Numbered from the stretch's first letter, positions 35,294 to 45,726 are shown. The stretch is DNA of 64,000 bases from Candidatus Campbellbacteria bacterium RIFOXYC2_FULL_35_25 (GCA_001774495.1 MFAE01000005.1:26583-90582); one strand, 5' to 3'. Notes: generated by a model from the sequence alone, not told the origin. Translations and numbers: made by a program.

Positions 35294-36388
35294 TTAAATC
35301 CTAAATTCGATGACATCCCCATCCTTCACAACATATTCCTTCCCTTCTATCCTCTTCAAACCCTTTTCTCGCGCGACGGCGTGAGAACCACAAGAAATCA
35401 AATCCTGCCAATTTATTACATCAGCTTTGATAAACTTGTCTTTAAAATCTGTGTGAATAGCTGTGCCTGCCATAGGAGCTGCCCAACCACGCTTTATTGT
35501 CCAAGCTCTAGATTCATCTTCCCCTGTTGTGAAATATGTAATCAAATCTAACAATTCATATCCTGTCCTGATTAAACCATCAATATCATCAGCAGAACCA
35601 CCGAGCTGTTGTTTAAATTCTTCTTTTTCATCAGGCGCAAAGTCTTGTAATTCATGTTCAATCTGAGCATCAACTTTTACATACTTAGCCCCAGTTTCTT
35701 CAAAAAACTTTATCAGTTGGTCATATCTTTCGTCTTCAATTTCATCCAAATTTTGCCCACCCGACTTTTTGTTCAAAATATAAAAAATTGGTTTCATTGT
35801 AAGCAAGTGAAGAGCTTTAACAATTTTTATTTCTTCTTCGTCCATCTCCACAGTTGAAGCAAACTTTCCATCGTCTAAAACTTTTTCTATTTTTTGTAAA
35901 ACTCCTTTTTCAATAATTGCATTTTTATCTTGCCTTCTTACATCCTTTTCAACATTATCCAATCTCTTGGTAACAGTTTGAAAGTCTGCCATTATTAATT
36001 CAAGATTAATAACTTCCACATCATCCATTGGATCAATTTTCCCTTCCACGTGAATAATTTTGTCGTCTTCAAAAATTCTCACCAATTCGGCGATAGCATC
36101 TACTTCTCTAATATTGGCCAAGAATTTATTTCCCAAACCTTCTCCAGAGTGAGCTCCGGCAACCAGACCAGCGATATCAACAAACTCAATTGCCGCTGGA
36201 ACCATTTTTTTTGATTTTGAAAATTCGTTTAATTCTTCTAACCTTTGGTCAGGAACAGAAACAACCCCGACTGATGGGTCGATAGTACAAAATGGGTAGT
36301 TTTCTGCTTCGACAGACTTTTTGGTCAAAGCGTTAAACAAAGTTGATTTTCCTACGTTGGGCAAGCCCACAATACCTATCGAAAGCAT
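35294..36388 (-). CDS. ychF: ribosome-binding ATPase YchF (Obg-family GTPase)
   Basis: 364 aa, G1 GLPNVGKST, coiled-coil insert, C-terminal TGS domain. Confidence 0.9.
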   Translation of the reverse strand: MLSIGIVGLPNVGKSTLFNALTKKSVEAENYPFCTIDPSVGVVSVPDQRLEELNEFSKSKKMVPAAIEFVDIAGLVAGAHSGEGLGNKFLANIREVDAIAELVRIFEDDKIIHVEGKIDPMDDVEVINLELIMADFQTVTKRLDNVEKDVRRQDKNAIIEKGVLQKIEKVLDDGKFASTVEMDEEEIKIVKALHLLTMKPIFYILNKKSGGQNLDEIEDERYDQLIKFFEETGAKYVKVDAQIEHELQDFAPDEKEEFKQQLGGSADDIDGLIRTGYELLDLITYFTTGEDESRAWTIKRGWAAPMAGTAIHTDFKDKFIKADVINWQDLISCGSHAVAREKGLKRIEGKEYVVKDGDVIEFRI

Positions 36389-36607
36389 AAGGTTATTAAG
36401 AGATTAATGATTAATTTGTAAATTAGTAAAAAAGGGGAGGTAAAATTTTTAATTTATAATTTTTAATTTATAAACAATTTTTAATGATAAAATTTTTAAA
36501 ATTTAAAAGTTGGGATTATGATACCTTGCAATGGAAATCGCAAAGCCAATTCCCCTCCTTAACCTCGTTATAATAGCCTTTTTTAAGCGAAAACTCAATA
36601 AATAAGA

Positions 36608-36648
36608 AAACCCGTCCAACAAGAAACAGGTTTTCTTGTTGGACGGGT
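36608..36648. terminator. hairpin cccgtccaacaagaaa acag gttttcttgttggacggg
   Basis: downstream of 36655..37086. Confidence 0.7.
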
Positions 36649-36654
36649 TGTTCG

Positions 36655-37086
36655 CTACTGGGCGAGCTCACAGAAAGTTTGCTTGTCAAAAGTTTTCCAA
36701 GTTCCTCCACGCAAAATTGTTAGAGTGGGGTTATTATCCCAGTCCCTAATTTTTTCAAAAGCATAAAAAATTTGTCTTTGAGTAATCCACCCAATAACTC
36801 GGTGGTCTTTGCGACTGAAGGCTTTTGAGGTCCCTCTTCTCCTGATCAAAACGAAATCCTGAAACCCCAGTGCGAAATCAAAGAGACAAAAGGTTTTTCC
36901 GAGTTCGTCTTCCCAGATGACGACATTTCCGTTCTCGGTAAAATAATACTGCCCTATTGTTCTTACATTTTTAGTCCTGCAAAGCTGTAAATCCTCTTCA
37001 GAGAAATTACCATCCTTCACGGGACTTCCGATTATAGGGAAACCTAGTCGTCTCTCACCTTTGAACCTTTGCATGGCTGTATTCAT
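36655..37086 (-). CDS. hypothetical protein, GC-rich islet (start at Met15 of ORF-track model after AAGGAG)
   Basis: 143 aa; elevated GC; flanked by GC hairpins 36608-36648 and 37227-37255. Confidence 0.45.
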   Translation of the reverse strand: MNTAMQRFKGERRLGFPIIGSPVKDGNFSEEDLQLCRTKNVRTIGQYYFTENGNVVIWEDELGKTFCLFDFALGFQDFVLIRRRGTSKAFSRKDHRVIGWITQRQIFYAFEKIRDWDNNPTLTILRGGTWKTFDKQTFCELAQ

Positions 37087-37226
37087 TGGTTTACTCCTTC
37101 TTTGGGTTATTACAGAGAACCGATACAAATCTTTTTCTAGATTACCTCAAAAGAAAAGCTTTTTCAAGCTTTATGTGTTCCGTCCCTACATTCTGTTAGG
37201 CAAGGCCTACTAGATTAATAAAAAGA

Positions 37227-37262
37227 AAACCGCCCAGATAAGAAACGGGCGGTTTCTTTTTT
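37227..37262. terminator. hairpin aaaccgccc agataagaaac gggcggttt + T-run
   Basis: between 36655..37086 and 37401..37841. Confidence 0.7.
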
Positions 37263-37400
37263 GGACGATTGTTGTTTACCACGGAATCCACGGAGGGATT
37301 GATGCGAATTCATGCCCCATGGCAGCCATTGTGATAACGATGGTCATCATATACGGATAAAGTGCGTTATACAAATTTGTCATGGTTCTCCACCTCTTTT

Positions 37401-37841
37401 TTAATGATTGCCGCAATTTGGGCATTTACCATCGGCGGATTGCATATGTTCGATAGAACCGTGAACTTCGCAATCAGGATTCTTGGTGGGCTGGTCTGCT
37501 GAAGTCCAGAATCCGTTTTCAGGATTAAAGCTTGCAACGAAACATTCCACTTTCGCTTTCGGATAAAGTCTTTTGATTCCCAAACCAACATTCAGTGCAA
37601 GCCGTTGCCGAACTCCTTGTGTTCTTTCTGGTTTTTCGAAGAGACCACTAATTTCGATGATGATTTCTTCACCCAGACCATAAGACATAAGGTCAGGAAC
37701 AAACAAGCAGGTCATGTCGTTTTCATCCTTCAAACCAAGTTCGTAAATACCAACAACAGCGGATACAATCGATTGATGAACCTTGTTCAGCATCTCCTCT
37801 GTCTGATTAGCAGGAAGACACCATACTTTGATTATGGGCAT
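37401..37841 (-). CDS. hypothetical protein: N-terminus MPIIKV... reminiscent of tautomerase-superfamily Pro1 start, C-terminal zinc ribbon (C..H..CPNCGNH); GC-rich islet
   Basis: 146 aa ORF, elevated GC. Confidence 0.4.
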   Translation of the reverse strand: MPIIKVWCLPANQTEEMLNKVHQSIVSAVVGIYELGLKDENDMTCLFVPDLMSYGLGEEIIIEISGLFEKPERTQGVRQRLALNVGLGIKRLYPKAKVECFVASFNPENGFWTSADQPTKNPDCEVHGSIEHMQSADGKCPNCGNH

Positions 37842-38004
37842 TAGAATATCTCCTTTAGGTGGTTTTTATACCGTGTATTGAAAATGACTCACTTTTTTCT
37901 AACAAAAATATACATCAAACTGGCTTGTTTGTAAATAGGTTTATAAAAAATGAGCTGTGAGTTGTAAGCTGTCGGCTGTTAGCTTCTCTTAGCTATCCCC
38001 TCAT

Positions 38005-38565
38005 TTAAAACAATTGCATTGTTTTAAATTTTTTTCTTATCTCTTTAAAATTAGGAAAAGTCTGAGCAACTAAGTTCCAAAAATTTTGCGAATGATTAAA
38101 TTCTCCCAAATGACACAGCTCGTGAACAATAATATAATCCCGCAACTCCTCGGGTAAAAACAAAATCTTAAAATTAAAATTTAAATTACCATTTCTTGAG
38201 CAACTTCCCCATCGAGTCTTTTGATTTTTAACAAAAATTTTATTATATTTAAAACCATAAATTTTATTAAAGTATTCTATCCTTTCAGTGGCCAACGAAA
38301 AAGCTTTTTCTTTATTTTCTAAATTAAATTTTGGAAAATAAGCATTTTTTATACTTTTAAAAAAATTGATTTTACTTAAAACCCAATCAGCTTTTTCAAT
38401 TAAAAACTTTTCGATGGCATCCTCTGTCCCTCCCCTAGGCATGGTAGCAACAACACTGCCATCACGGCGAACAAGCAAACGCAATCTTCTAGCTCTTTTA
38501 CTTTTCTTAATTGAATAAGAAATATTATTTTCTTTTAATTTTATATTTTTAGCTTCCACAAACAA
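38005..38565 (-). CDS. YgjP-like metal-dependent hydrolase (DUF45/M48-related, HExxH...NHS)
   Basis: IIVHELCHLGEFNHSQNFWNLV matches DUF45 signature. Confidence 0.75.
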   Translation of the reverse strand: MFVEAKNIKLKENNISYSIKKSKRARRLRLLVRRDGSVVATMPRGGTEDAIEKFLIEKADWVLSKINFFKSIKNAYFPKFNLENKEKAFSLATERIEYFNKIYGFKYNKIFVKNQKTRWGSCSRNGNLNFNFKILFLPEELRDYIIVHELCHLGEFNHSQNFWNLVAQTFPNFKEIRKKFKTMQLF

Positions 38566-38695
38566 ATAATATCACAGTTATTTCTATCTTTTTTCTCCCT
38601 TTGTTCTTTTTATTGACAGGGTATAGGTAATAAAGTATATTTTTAACAGAAATGTAAACCTTATCATACATTTAGAAACATAAAGGGGGGCTAAG

Positions 38696-39202
38696 ATGGT
38701 GGAAAATAAGATATACCCAAAAGATGTTGAAGCCGTTTTTTTCAAAGCTGCGGAACGGGGTTGGGCAGTTACTGGAACAGCAACAGAAACTTCCACCCTA
38801 CTTCCAGGGTACAAACTTATCCGTTTTAAATCAGGAAAATTTTCTGTTTTAGACGCCTACTGCGTCAACCCAGCAAGCGACAAGTCAGCAGGATTCACCA
38901 CCATTTGGTGCGACGACGTTCCGGTATGGACGATGCATTACAGCGGGAGGTATCAGAAACGATTGATCCCACTCCTTAAACTAGCCTTACAAGCAAACAT
39001 CATCAGCCGTACCTTTGTGGGAGGACGTGGTCCGACGACTTTTACCGATGAAGAACGGTACCCAGACCTTGTCTATATCAACAATGTTGTAAGGGGAAGG
39101 AGAACCTTCTCCAGTTTTGCAGGAAGAGAAATTATTGTTGACGTGGGAAACCTCAACCTCCCATTGGGGTATCACGACTACCGGGGAATAAGTCTCCTCT
39201 AA
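38696..39202 (+). CDS. hypothetical protein, GC-rich islet
   Basis: 168 aa; TTGACA-17-TAAAGT-like promoter and AAAGGGGGG SD upstream; followed by two-level GC hairpin element. Confidence 0.5.
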   Translation: MVENKIYPKDVEAVFFKAAERGWAVTGTATETSTLLPGYKLIRFKSGKFSVLDAYCVNPASDKSAGFTTIWCDDVPVWTMHYSGRYQKRLIPLLKLALQANIISRTFVGGRGPTTFTDEERYPDLVYINNVVRGRRTFSSFAGREIIVDVGNLNLPLGYHDYRGISLL

Positions 39203-39250
39203 ACCCGCCCAACGAGAAAACCCGCCATTCTCGTATGGCGGGTTTTCTTT
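39197..39250 (+). terminator. two-level GC hairpin element aaacccgcccaacgagaaaacccgccattctcgtatggcgggttttct; homologous to 4881-4930
   Basis: outer stem cccgcc/ggcggg, inner stem acgagaa/ttctcgt; same architecture and ~70% identity to element after 4614..4880. Confidence 0.6.
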
Positions 39251-39393
39251 ATTTTAATACTCTAGAGTCTAACTCTGCAAGTCATTAAAAAGTTATTTAT
39301 TAGCTATAATATTTTCTTGACCCCTAATTTAAACTGGTGTAGTATCAACAATAGATTGTACCCTGAGACTAAATTTATTTTAGGAGGAAAGAC

Positions 39394-39705
39394 ATGAGTA
39401 CGCCAAGAAAAATCGAATTGTCCAAAGATTTTAGTTCAAAAGGTTGTTATAAAGCTAAAGCTGAAATATTTAAGGATACAGGAGGTATGGCTTTATCAAT
39501 AAATATAAAAAATGAAACTACCGGAAATCTGGTGGCGAGCGATCATTTTGGTATTGGAAGCTTGAATTTAAACGAGGAGAGAGAAAACTGGCTTGCTAAC
39601 ATAATCGTAAGCAATATGATTCGTTTAGCGGTGGCAGTTAGAAAAGAAACTGGGAATGAGATATATACTGCTTATCAAAATTTTATTACTTCCATTTCTC
39701 CCTAA
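39394..39705 (+). CDS. hypothetical protein
   Basis: 103 aa; TTGACC/TAGTAT promoter-like, SD TAGGAGG. Confidence 0.45.
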   Translation: MSTPRKIELSKDFSSKGCYKAKAEIFKDTGGMALSINIKNETTGNLVASDHFGIGSLNLNEERENWLANIIVSNMIRLAVAVRKETGNEIYTAYQNFITSISP

Positions 39706-39776
39706 ACTTTTTCAGCACTCGTGTTTGTCTTTCATAAAATATGGCCTCCTTGGTATAAGGAGGCCATATTTAATAT

Positions 39777-40004
39777 TTATTTCATAATATCTTTCAACTC
39801 ATCTTGATGCGCCTGCATAACTTCCATAGTAGCGGCCATCTGATCTTTTCCCTCTTTCATCTTGGCTTGAACTTCAAGACCGATTTTTTGGAAAAGCTCT
39901 GGATTTTTTTCAATTAATAGTAAAATTTTTTCTTGCTCTGCCTCTGGGACTCCTTTCATTTGAGACTTGAGCATCTTCTTCATTAACATATTTTTTATTC
40001 CCAT
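39777..40004 (-). CDS. hypothetical Met/Lys/Glu-rich helical small protein
   Basis: 75 aa; G-less AAACTATAAACTAATAACTAACGACTAAACC leader before ATG. Confidence 0.4.
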   Translation of the reverse strand: MGIKNMLMKKMLKSQMKGVPEAEQEKILLLIEKNPELFQKIGLEVQAKMKEGKDQMAATMEVMQAHQDELKDIMK

Positions 40005-40252
40005 AGGTTTAGTCGTTAGTTATTAGTTTATAGTTTTTAGAAAATTTTTAAAAACAAAAACTTATTTGCAATTAATTTATAATTAATAAAATAATAACAC
40101 AGGAGGATAGAAAATAAAAATAAAAAACACTTCTAGTTTTTTTCATACTTAAATTTATATAGGCATGAAAAAAACCGCCGAAGCGATTTCTTTCATAGTA
40201 CCTATTAAGTAGCAAGCTAAATAATAAGTACTTTAATTAGTATACTAAAGTG

Positions 40253-40342
40253 AGAAAAAAAAGCAAGCTTCTTGTTGATAACTCAAATTTAATTTACAGA
40301 GTCTTAGTCTCTGTAAATTAAATTTGAGTTATCAACAAGAAG
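40253..40342 (-). terminator. exceptionally long perfect hairpin (34-bp arms, 7-nt loop) followed on minus strand by U9: probable murJ terminator
   Basis: cttcttgttgataactcaaatttaatttacagag tcttagt ctctgtaaattaaatttgagttatcaacaagaag; A-run 40253-40262 on plus. Confidence 0.65.
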
Positions 40343-40456
40343 TAATAAGTAGTAAGTAGTGAGTATTAAGTTTCTGGATTGCTTCAGGCTTCGCCTTCGC
40401 AAAGACAAAAATCGTTTGCTATAAGCTATCGGCTATTAGCTATTAGCTTTCTAATA

Positions 40457-42133
40457 TTATAGTTCTCTTTTTTCTGGGATTATTACTCTATTTTTCCAAA
40501 TTTTATTATTTAAAGCCCCGCCGATTTCCCTTAACTCCCGACTCCCTAATAACCACAAAACAAAAATTCCTGCCACTAGACCAATCAAGCCCGGGAACAA
40601 TCCCTGCAAGAAAATTCCCAAGAGAGTCTTCGTGTCTAAGAATAAAGCAAAGACATCTAAAAGCTTGTAGGCGACAAAACCCATTATCAGCGAAGAAAAC
40701 AAGCTATGCCAAAAAGTGGTTGATATGGAAAAACTAAACTTTTTAAAATCCTTTTGGAAGATAAAAATCAAAACCAACGCATTGATAATAACTCCCAACG
40801 AATAACTTAGGGCTAACATCAAAACAACGGCTCCCCCAACATTCTCTATCCTGAAAATTGACTCAATAAAATATCTGAATGCATCATATTTTGTAAAAGC
40901 CCAATTTAATAAAACAGCGAAGCCAACGATAAAAGTAGAAGAAAAAACATTTACAAAAAGAGGTTTCCTTGTATTCCCCATTGCATAATAACCCCGAACA
41001 AATAACAAAACTAAGCTCTGAGCAGTTATTGAAAAAACAAACAAAGCCAAGCAGGCTGCTGTTAACCTAGTAGCAGACCAATCAAACTCTCCTGTTCCAA
41101 GAATAGTTCTTACTATCTGGGCTCTTAATACAACAAACAGAACCATGGCGGGTAAAGACCAAAAAATTATGTGTCTTGTGGCGGAAGCCATTTGCTTAAG
41201 AAATTTTTCTTCTTCTCCACTCGAGAATAATTTTGCTAAAGTTGGGAAAGCGGCCACAGAGTAACTGACTCCTATGATACTTAGAGGGACTGACTGCAAA
41301 TTGAATGATAAATTAAAAACAGAAATCGCCCCGATTCCCATTGTGGAAGCAAATCCCACTAAGAAAAAGAAAGCTAATTGATTGGCAGACATCGTTAAAG
41401 TCCTAGGCAAAGATAATAGGACAACCTTTTTAATATCGTTGAAATTTATTTTGAGAGATACTTTAGGAAGCAAGCCTATCTTTTTCACAACAGGAATTTG
41501 AATCATAAAATGCAGTAAGGCACCGAGAACAACTCCCAAGGCTAATCCTTTTAAACCAAAAATTGGGTAGAAGAAAAATATACCGAAAATTATTCCAGCA
41601 TTATAAAGGAGCGGACTAATCGCGTAAACTAAAAATTTTTTCTTCACCTGAACGATACTAGCAAAAAGATTGGATAGCCCGAGAAAAATTGGAGACAGCA
41701 ACAAAATCCGTGTCAAAGAAATAGTTTCATTTAAAGCTTCTACGGGGAAACCAGAAAATATGTTTTTTATAAGGAAAGGAACAAAAAAGAAAACAATACC
41801 GCTAACGACTACAATAAATAAAAAGAAAGTAGTGAAAACACTATTTATAAAATTTTGAATTTCGGTCTCATTTTTTTGAGCCTTATCTGCTAAGAAAGGA
41901 ATCAAAACCGAGATGGAGACGATGGATGCCACGGTAATAAAAATAAAATCTGGGATACGGAAAGAAGCATAATATACATCCAAAGTTTCCCCCGCACCAA
42001 AAAAATGTGCTAAAGAGCGATCCCTTAACAAGGCTAAGATGTGCGAAAAAAGAGCAAAAACACCTAAAAGATAAGCGGCCTCATGAAGACCGCTTATCTC
42101 TCTATTTAAAAGTTTGAAAATCTTTTTAACCAT
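40457..42133 (-). CDS. murJ: lipid II flippase MurJ (MviN)
   Basis: 558 aa, 14 TM, N-terminal LLRDRSLAHFFGAG..DVYYASFRIP MurJ signature. Confidence 0.85.
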   Translation of the reverse strand: MVKKIFKLLNREISGLHEAAYLLGVFALFSHILALLRDRSLAHFFGAGETLDVYYASFRIPDFIFITVASIVSISVLIPFLADKAQKNETEIQNFINSVFTTFFLFIVVVSGIVFFFVPFLIKNIFSGFPVEALNETISLTRILLLSPIFLGLSNLFASIVQVKKKFLVYAISPLLYNAGIIFGIFFFYPIFGLKGLALGVVLGALLHFMIQIPVVKKIGLLPKVSLKINFNDIKKVVLLSLPRTLTMSANQLAFFFLVGFASTMGIGAISVFNLSFNLQSVPLSIIGVSYSVAAFPTLAKLFSSGEEEKFLKQMASATRHIIFWSLPAMVLFVVLRAQIVRTILGTGEFDWSATRLTAACLALFVFSITAQSLVLLFVRGYYAMGNTRKPLFVNVFSSTFIVGFAVLLNWAFTKYDAFRYFIESIFRIENVGGAVVLMLALSYSLGVIINALVLIFIFQKDFKKFSFSISTTFWHSLFSSLIMGFVAYKLLDVFALFLDTKTLLGIFLQGLFPGLIGLVAGIFVLWLLGSRELREIGGALNNKIWKNRVIIPEKREL

Positions 42134-42145
42134 TTTGCCTTGAAA

Positions 42146-44314
42146 TTAGTTTTCTACCCCTTCTTCTTCTGTGGTAGTAGGAGCAGGGGTAGGGTTACTT
42201 TCTTGCCCTAAACTCTTTATAAGATCTTTGATATCCTTGTTGTCTGGGTTCAATAGACTAACCGTCTCAAACTGAATACGAGCGTCCTCTGTTCTTCCCA
42301 AGTTATAATATGCCAAACCTAAGTAATATCTAGCGTCTGAGTAATTGGACTGAAGAATAACAGCTTTCTCTAGAGTAGCAACAGCTTCATCAAGATTTTT
42401 ATTGTTGTATTCAAGTGCCCCTAGTTTAAAAATAAGAGAAGGGTTTCTAGGATTTAAACCAACAGCTTTTTTATAAGAGCTTATTGCCCCATCATAGGCT
42501 CCCTCAACGCCAGACAATGCCATAGCCTCATATACATCACCCAGAAATACCCAATTGCTATAATTATTTTTATCAATTTCCGTCGCCTTTTCCGCACTTT
42601 GAATTATGTTGTTTAAGATAGCCTGAAATTGCTGTTTTGTTTCTTCATCAGTAAGACCCTCTTCTGGTGTATTTAATTTTAATTCATTTATTTTCGACAA
42701 AAATTTATAGTAATCTGCGTTTTCTGATAACTGTATCGCTTTTACTATGTTTTTTTCAGCCTCTTCTAAACTACTACCTCCAAGACCTCTGTTAGAATAA
42801 ACTGAGGCCATGAATTTTTGTGAAATTGTGTAAGCCCCCACCAACGAAGCCAAAATCAAGAATATCAAAACAATTGTTACAATAAAATCAAATCTTTGAT
42901 TGTTCAGGAAAGTAATTTTTTTGGTCTTCAAAACACCATTCTGAATAAGCAACGCTATCAAAGCCCCTGTAAACACAAAGGTAAGCGTCATAAGCACATT
43001 TGAAGGGACATAAACTATCGAGAATATCCACAAGAACAAAGTCGCAAAAAAAGATAATGTTAACAAATAATTTTCCGAGGAAGCAAATGCCGATTTAAAA
43101 CCTAGATAAAACAAAGCACCCAAGAAAGCAATCCATAAAATAAAACCTAAAATACCAACAGTAATCAAAGCAGAGGAAATAAAACTAAATCCTATGACGA
43201 AATCTACATTGGCAAAGGCAGTATTGTTTATTTCCAAGGGTTTATGCAAAAGCCATTGACTTAAAAACTTGTTTGGGCCAGCTCCCAACAAAGCATATTT
43301 ACTGGTCAACGTCCCCTTAGCAACACTCATAGTGCCTATTAAAGAAGGACGAACTTCCGTATCGGTTATTTTGAAAAGTGACGGCAATTTAGCTCCAACA
43401 TTGTTAGCCCCTAACACAAAGGTAAAAGACATGACTAAAACTAAAATTGAAATTACCGGGAATTTTTTACCCATAAAACCTTTTTGATCTTTTTGAAACT
43501 TATTATTTGAAATAATAAAAGCAGACGTTATGAAAGAGAATATTCCTAACACTACCCATAAAATAGTCAGATTAGTCAGAGCAACAAAAAACAGCGAGAC
43601 AAAAAAAGCAATGAAAATGAAGATCTTTAAAACCTTGCTAAGGTTTACAAATTCAATCACAAACAAGGATGAAATGGATATTAAGCCACAGAAAATTCCT
43701 AATTCATTCCATCCACCAATTAAATTTGAAGTTGGATTGGTTGATATGTTGGCAATAAAACTAATGCCAGGAATTAACCTTAATATTTGGAAAATGGCTA
43801 CAACAAAAAAAGAAACAAAAAAAGTCGCAAATAAGTAATACACTTTTCTTTTTGTGTTTAAAATACTCGAGACTAAAAACATTAGGATAAACAGGGTAAA
43901 GACCGAAGAAAATGTTCCGACTTCAAACCCCAGACCAATTAAAGAGGCAGATATTGAGCCAGAAAACAGAGAAGAGAATAGATAAACGACGGGGATAGAA
44001 ATTCCTAAAATAATAATAGGGTTTTGGGAAGCCGTAAATTCGCCATCTTTTAATCGTGCTATCACCCATAGTATAAACAAAAACGTAGTAATAAGAGAAA
44101 CTACTATACCTTTACTAAATAAAAAAGAAAATTCTGGGAGAGGTATAAAGAATATTGGGAGAAAAAAAACTAGGCACAACAACAGGAAAAAAGAAAAGTC
44201 GTGTTCCTTTTTTATATCCTGAACAACGGTACTTTTAATTTCTGATTTTTTTTCGTTAATTTCAAAAACTACTTCTTTTTCATCACTTGTCTTTACTTTA
44301 AATTTTTTAAACAT
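42146..44314 (-). CDS. O-antigen ligase/polymerase-like polytopic membrane protein with C-terminal TPR repeats
   Basis: 722 aa, ~12 TM then TPR (YYLGLAYYNLGRTEDA). Confidence 0.6.
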   Translation of the reverse strand: MFKKFKVKTSDEKEVVFEINEKKSEIKSTVVQDIKKEHDFSFFLLLCLVFFLPIFFIPLPEFSFLFSKGIVVSLITTFLFILWVIARLKDGEFTASQNPIIILGISIPVVYLFSSLFSGSISASLIGLGFEVGTFSSVFTLFILMFLVSSILNTKRKVYYLFATFFVSFFVVAIFQILRLIPGISFIANISTNPTSNLIGGWNELGIFCGLISISSLFVIEFVNLSKVLKIFIFIAFFVSLFFVALTNLTILWVVLGIFSFITSAFIISNNKFQKDQKGFMGKKFPVISILVLVMSFTFVLGANNVGAKLPSLFKITDTEVRPSLIGTMSVAKGTLTSKYALLGAGPNKFLSQWLLHKPLEINNTAFANVDFVIGFSFISSALITVGILGFILWIAFLGALFYLGFKSAFASSENYLLTLSFFATLFLWIFSIVYVPSNVLMTLTFVFTGALIALLIQNGVLKTKKITFLNNQRFDFIVTIVLIFLILASLVGAYTISQKFMASVYSNRGLGGSSLEEAEKNIVKAIQLSENADYYKFLSKINELKLNTPEEGLTDEETKQQFQAILNNIIQSAEKATEIDKNNYSNWVFLGDVYEAMALSGVEGAYDGAISSYKKAVGLNPRNPSLIFKLGALEYNNKNLDEAVATLEKAVILQSNYSDARYYLGLAYYNLGRTEDARIQFETVSLLNPDNKDIKDLIKSLGQESNPTPAPTTTEEEGVEN

Positions 44315-44670
44315 AACAAAAAATAATAATGGTAATACTATGCACTAATTATAGAATAAAAAATTTGTTTTACCAAACAAGCCCTGTTGATACAATTAAG
44401 CGAAAATTGATTCTTTTCATTTTCTTGCAAAAATAAGACAAAAAAACCAGCGCTCGAAGCACTGGGGATTTTTTGAGACGGTTGGCTATTTCCATCTATA
44501 CTCAAAACAATTTCAGTAGAGATGAAAAAGGCCATCCGAAGATGACTTTTTTCATGCACTTATCAAATAGCAAGCTATTTAATAAGTACTCGTACATAAT
44601 ACTCGAAGCCAATAACAAAGTCAAGCTTTTTATAAAGTTTTATTTACTAAAAGAGAAAATCCTTAATGTT

Positions 44671-45726
44671 TTAGGCAATTAAAGCTATTATCATGCCTAA
44701 GATAGAAAAAATAATACCTATAATCCAAAACCTCATGGTAACCTTGTAACTCGGCCAGCCTAAGGCTTCGAAGTGGTGATGAATTGGTGCTACCAAAAAA
44801 ACCTTCTTTCCATTTCTCAATTTTTTTGAAAAAACTTGAATAATAACGGAGGCTGTAGTGATAAAAAGAGGGAAAGCAATTATAGGCAAGATCAATACAT
44901 GCCCAGTTAAAAAGGCTACCACAGTAAGTGTTGTTGTTAAACCCAAGATACCTGTCTCTGACATATAAAACCTAGCTGGTGGAATATTAAACCAAAGGAA
45001 AGCCAAAATCCCTCCAACGATGACTGCACAAAAAGCAGCTAGGTTGATTTGATTTTGGAAGAAAGCAATCCCTGCATAGGCGGAAAAAATCGACGCCATA
45101 ATGCCCCCCGACAAACCATCAATTCCATCAATAACTCCGGTCGAAAAAAGAGCCAACATGACCATCATAAAAAATGGGATAAACCAAACACCTAACTCCC
45201 ATACTCCATTAAAAGGAATATCTATGGATGTCACTCCTAATTTTGAATAAAACCACCAACCCCCAATCAAACCTATCAACAAAACAACTCCGATTCTTAT
45301 TTTTAAAGGAATTCCTCCTGCAACGTAACCACCCTTCCCAAAAACAACCCAAAAATCATCAACAAGCCCCAACAAAGATGCAGAAACAAGAGTAAACAAA
45401 GGGAGCCAAGTCTGAGTTCGACTCATAAAATCGAGTTTTTGGGTTAAAGCATCCGGGAATAAGTAAGGGAGTAACCAAAAGATAAAGGTGGTAGTCAAAA
45501 CGCTCCCCCAAATTATGATTCCTCCCATCCGAGGAGTCCCTGTATCCTTTTCTTTGTGGAGTTCATTAAAGATAGGAGTTCCATTATTATCACCAAGCCC
45601 CCCAGCCTTTCCTGATTTCTTCTTCCACATTTTGTATTTGTATAAGTAATGAGTCAAAAAGGGAGTCATTACTATTCCTATAAAGAAGGCTACGGTCCAT
45701 GGGATAAAAATTTTTAGAATGTCCAT
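44671..45726 (-). CDS. mraY: phospho-N-acetylmuramoyl-pentapeptide transferase MraY
   Basis: 351 aa, PRMGG, DGIDGLSGG motifs, 10 TM. Confidence 0.9.
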   Translation of the reverse strand: MDILKIFIPWTVAFFIGIVMTPFLTHYLYKYKMWKKKSGKAGGLGDNNGTPIFNELHKEKDTGTPRMGGIIIWGSVLTTTFIFWLLPYLFPDALTQKLDFMSRTQTWLPLFTLVSASLLGLVDDFWVVFGKGGYVAGGIPLKIRIGVVLLIGLIGGWWFYSKLGVTSIDIPFNGVWELGVWFIPFFMMVMLALFSTGVIDGIDGLSGGIMASIFSAYAGIAFFQNQINLAAFCAVIVGGILAFLWFNIPPARFYMSETGILGLTTTLTVVAFLTGHVLILPIIAFPLFITTASVIIQVFSKKLRNGKKVFLVAPIHHHFEALGWPSYKVTMRFWIIGIIFSILGMIIALIA

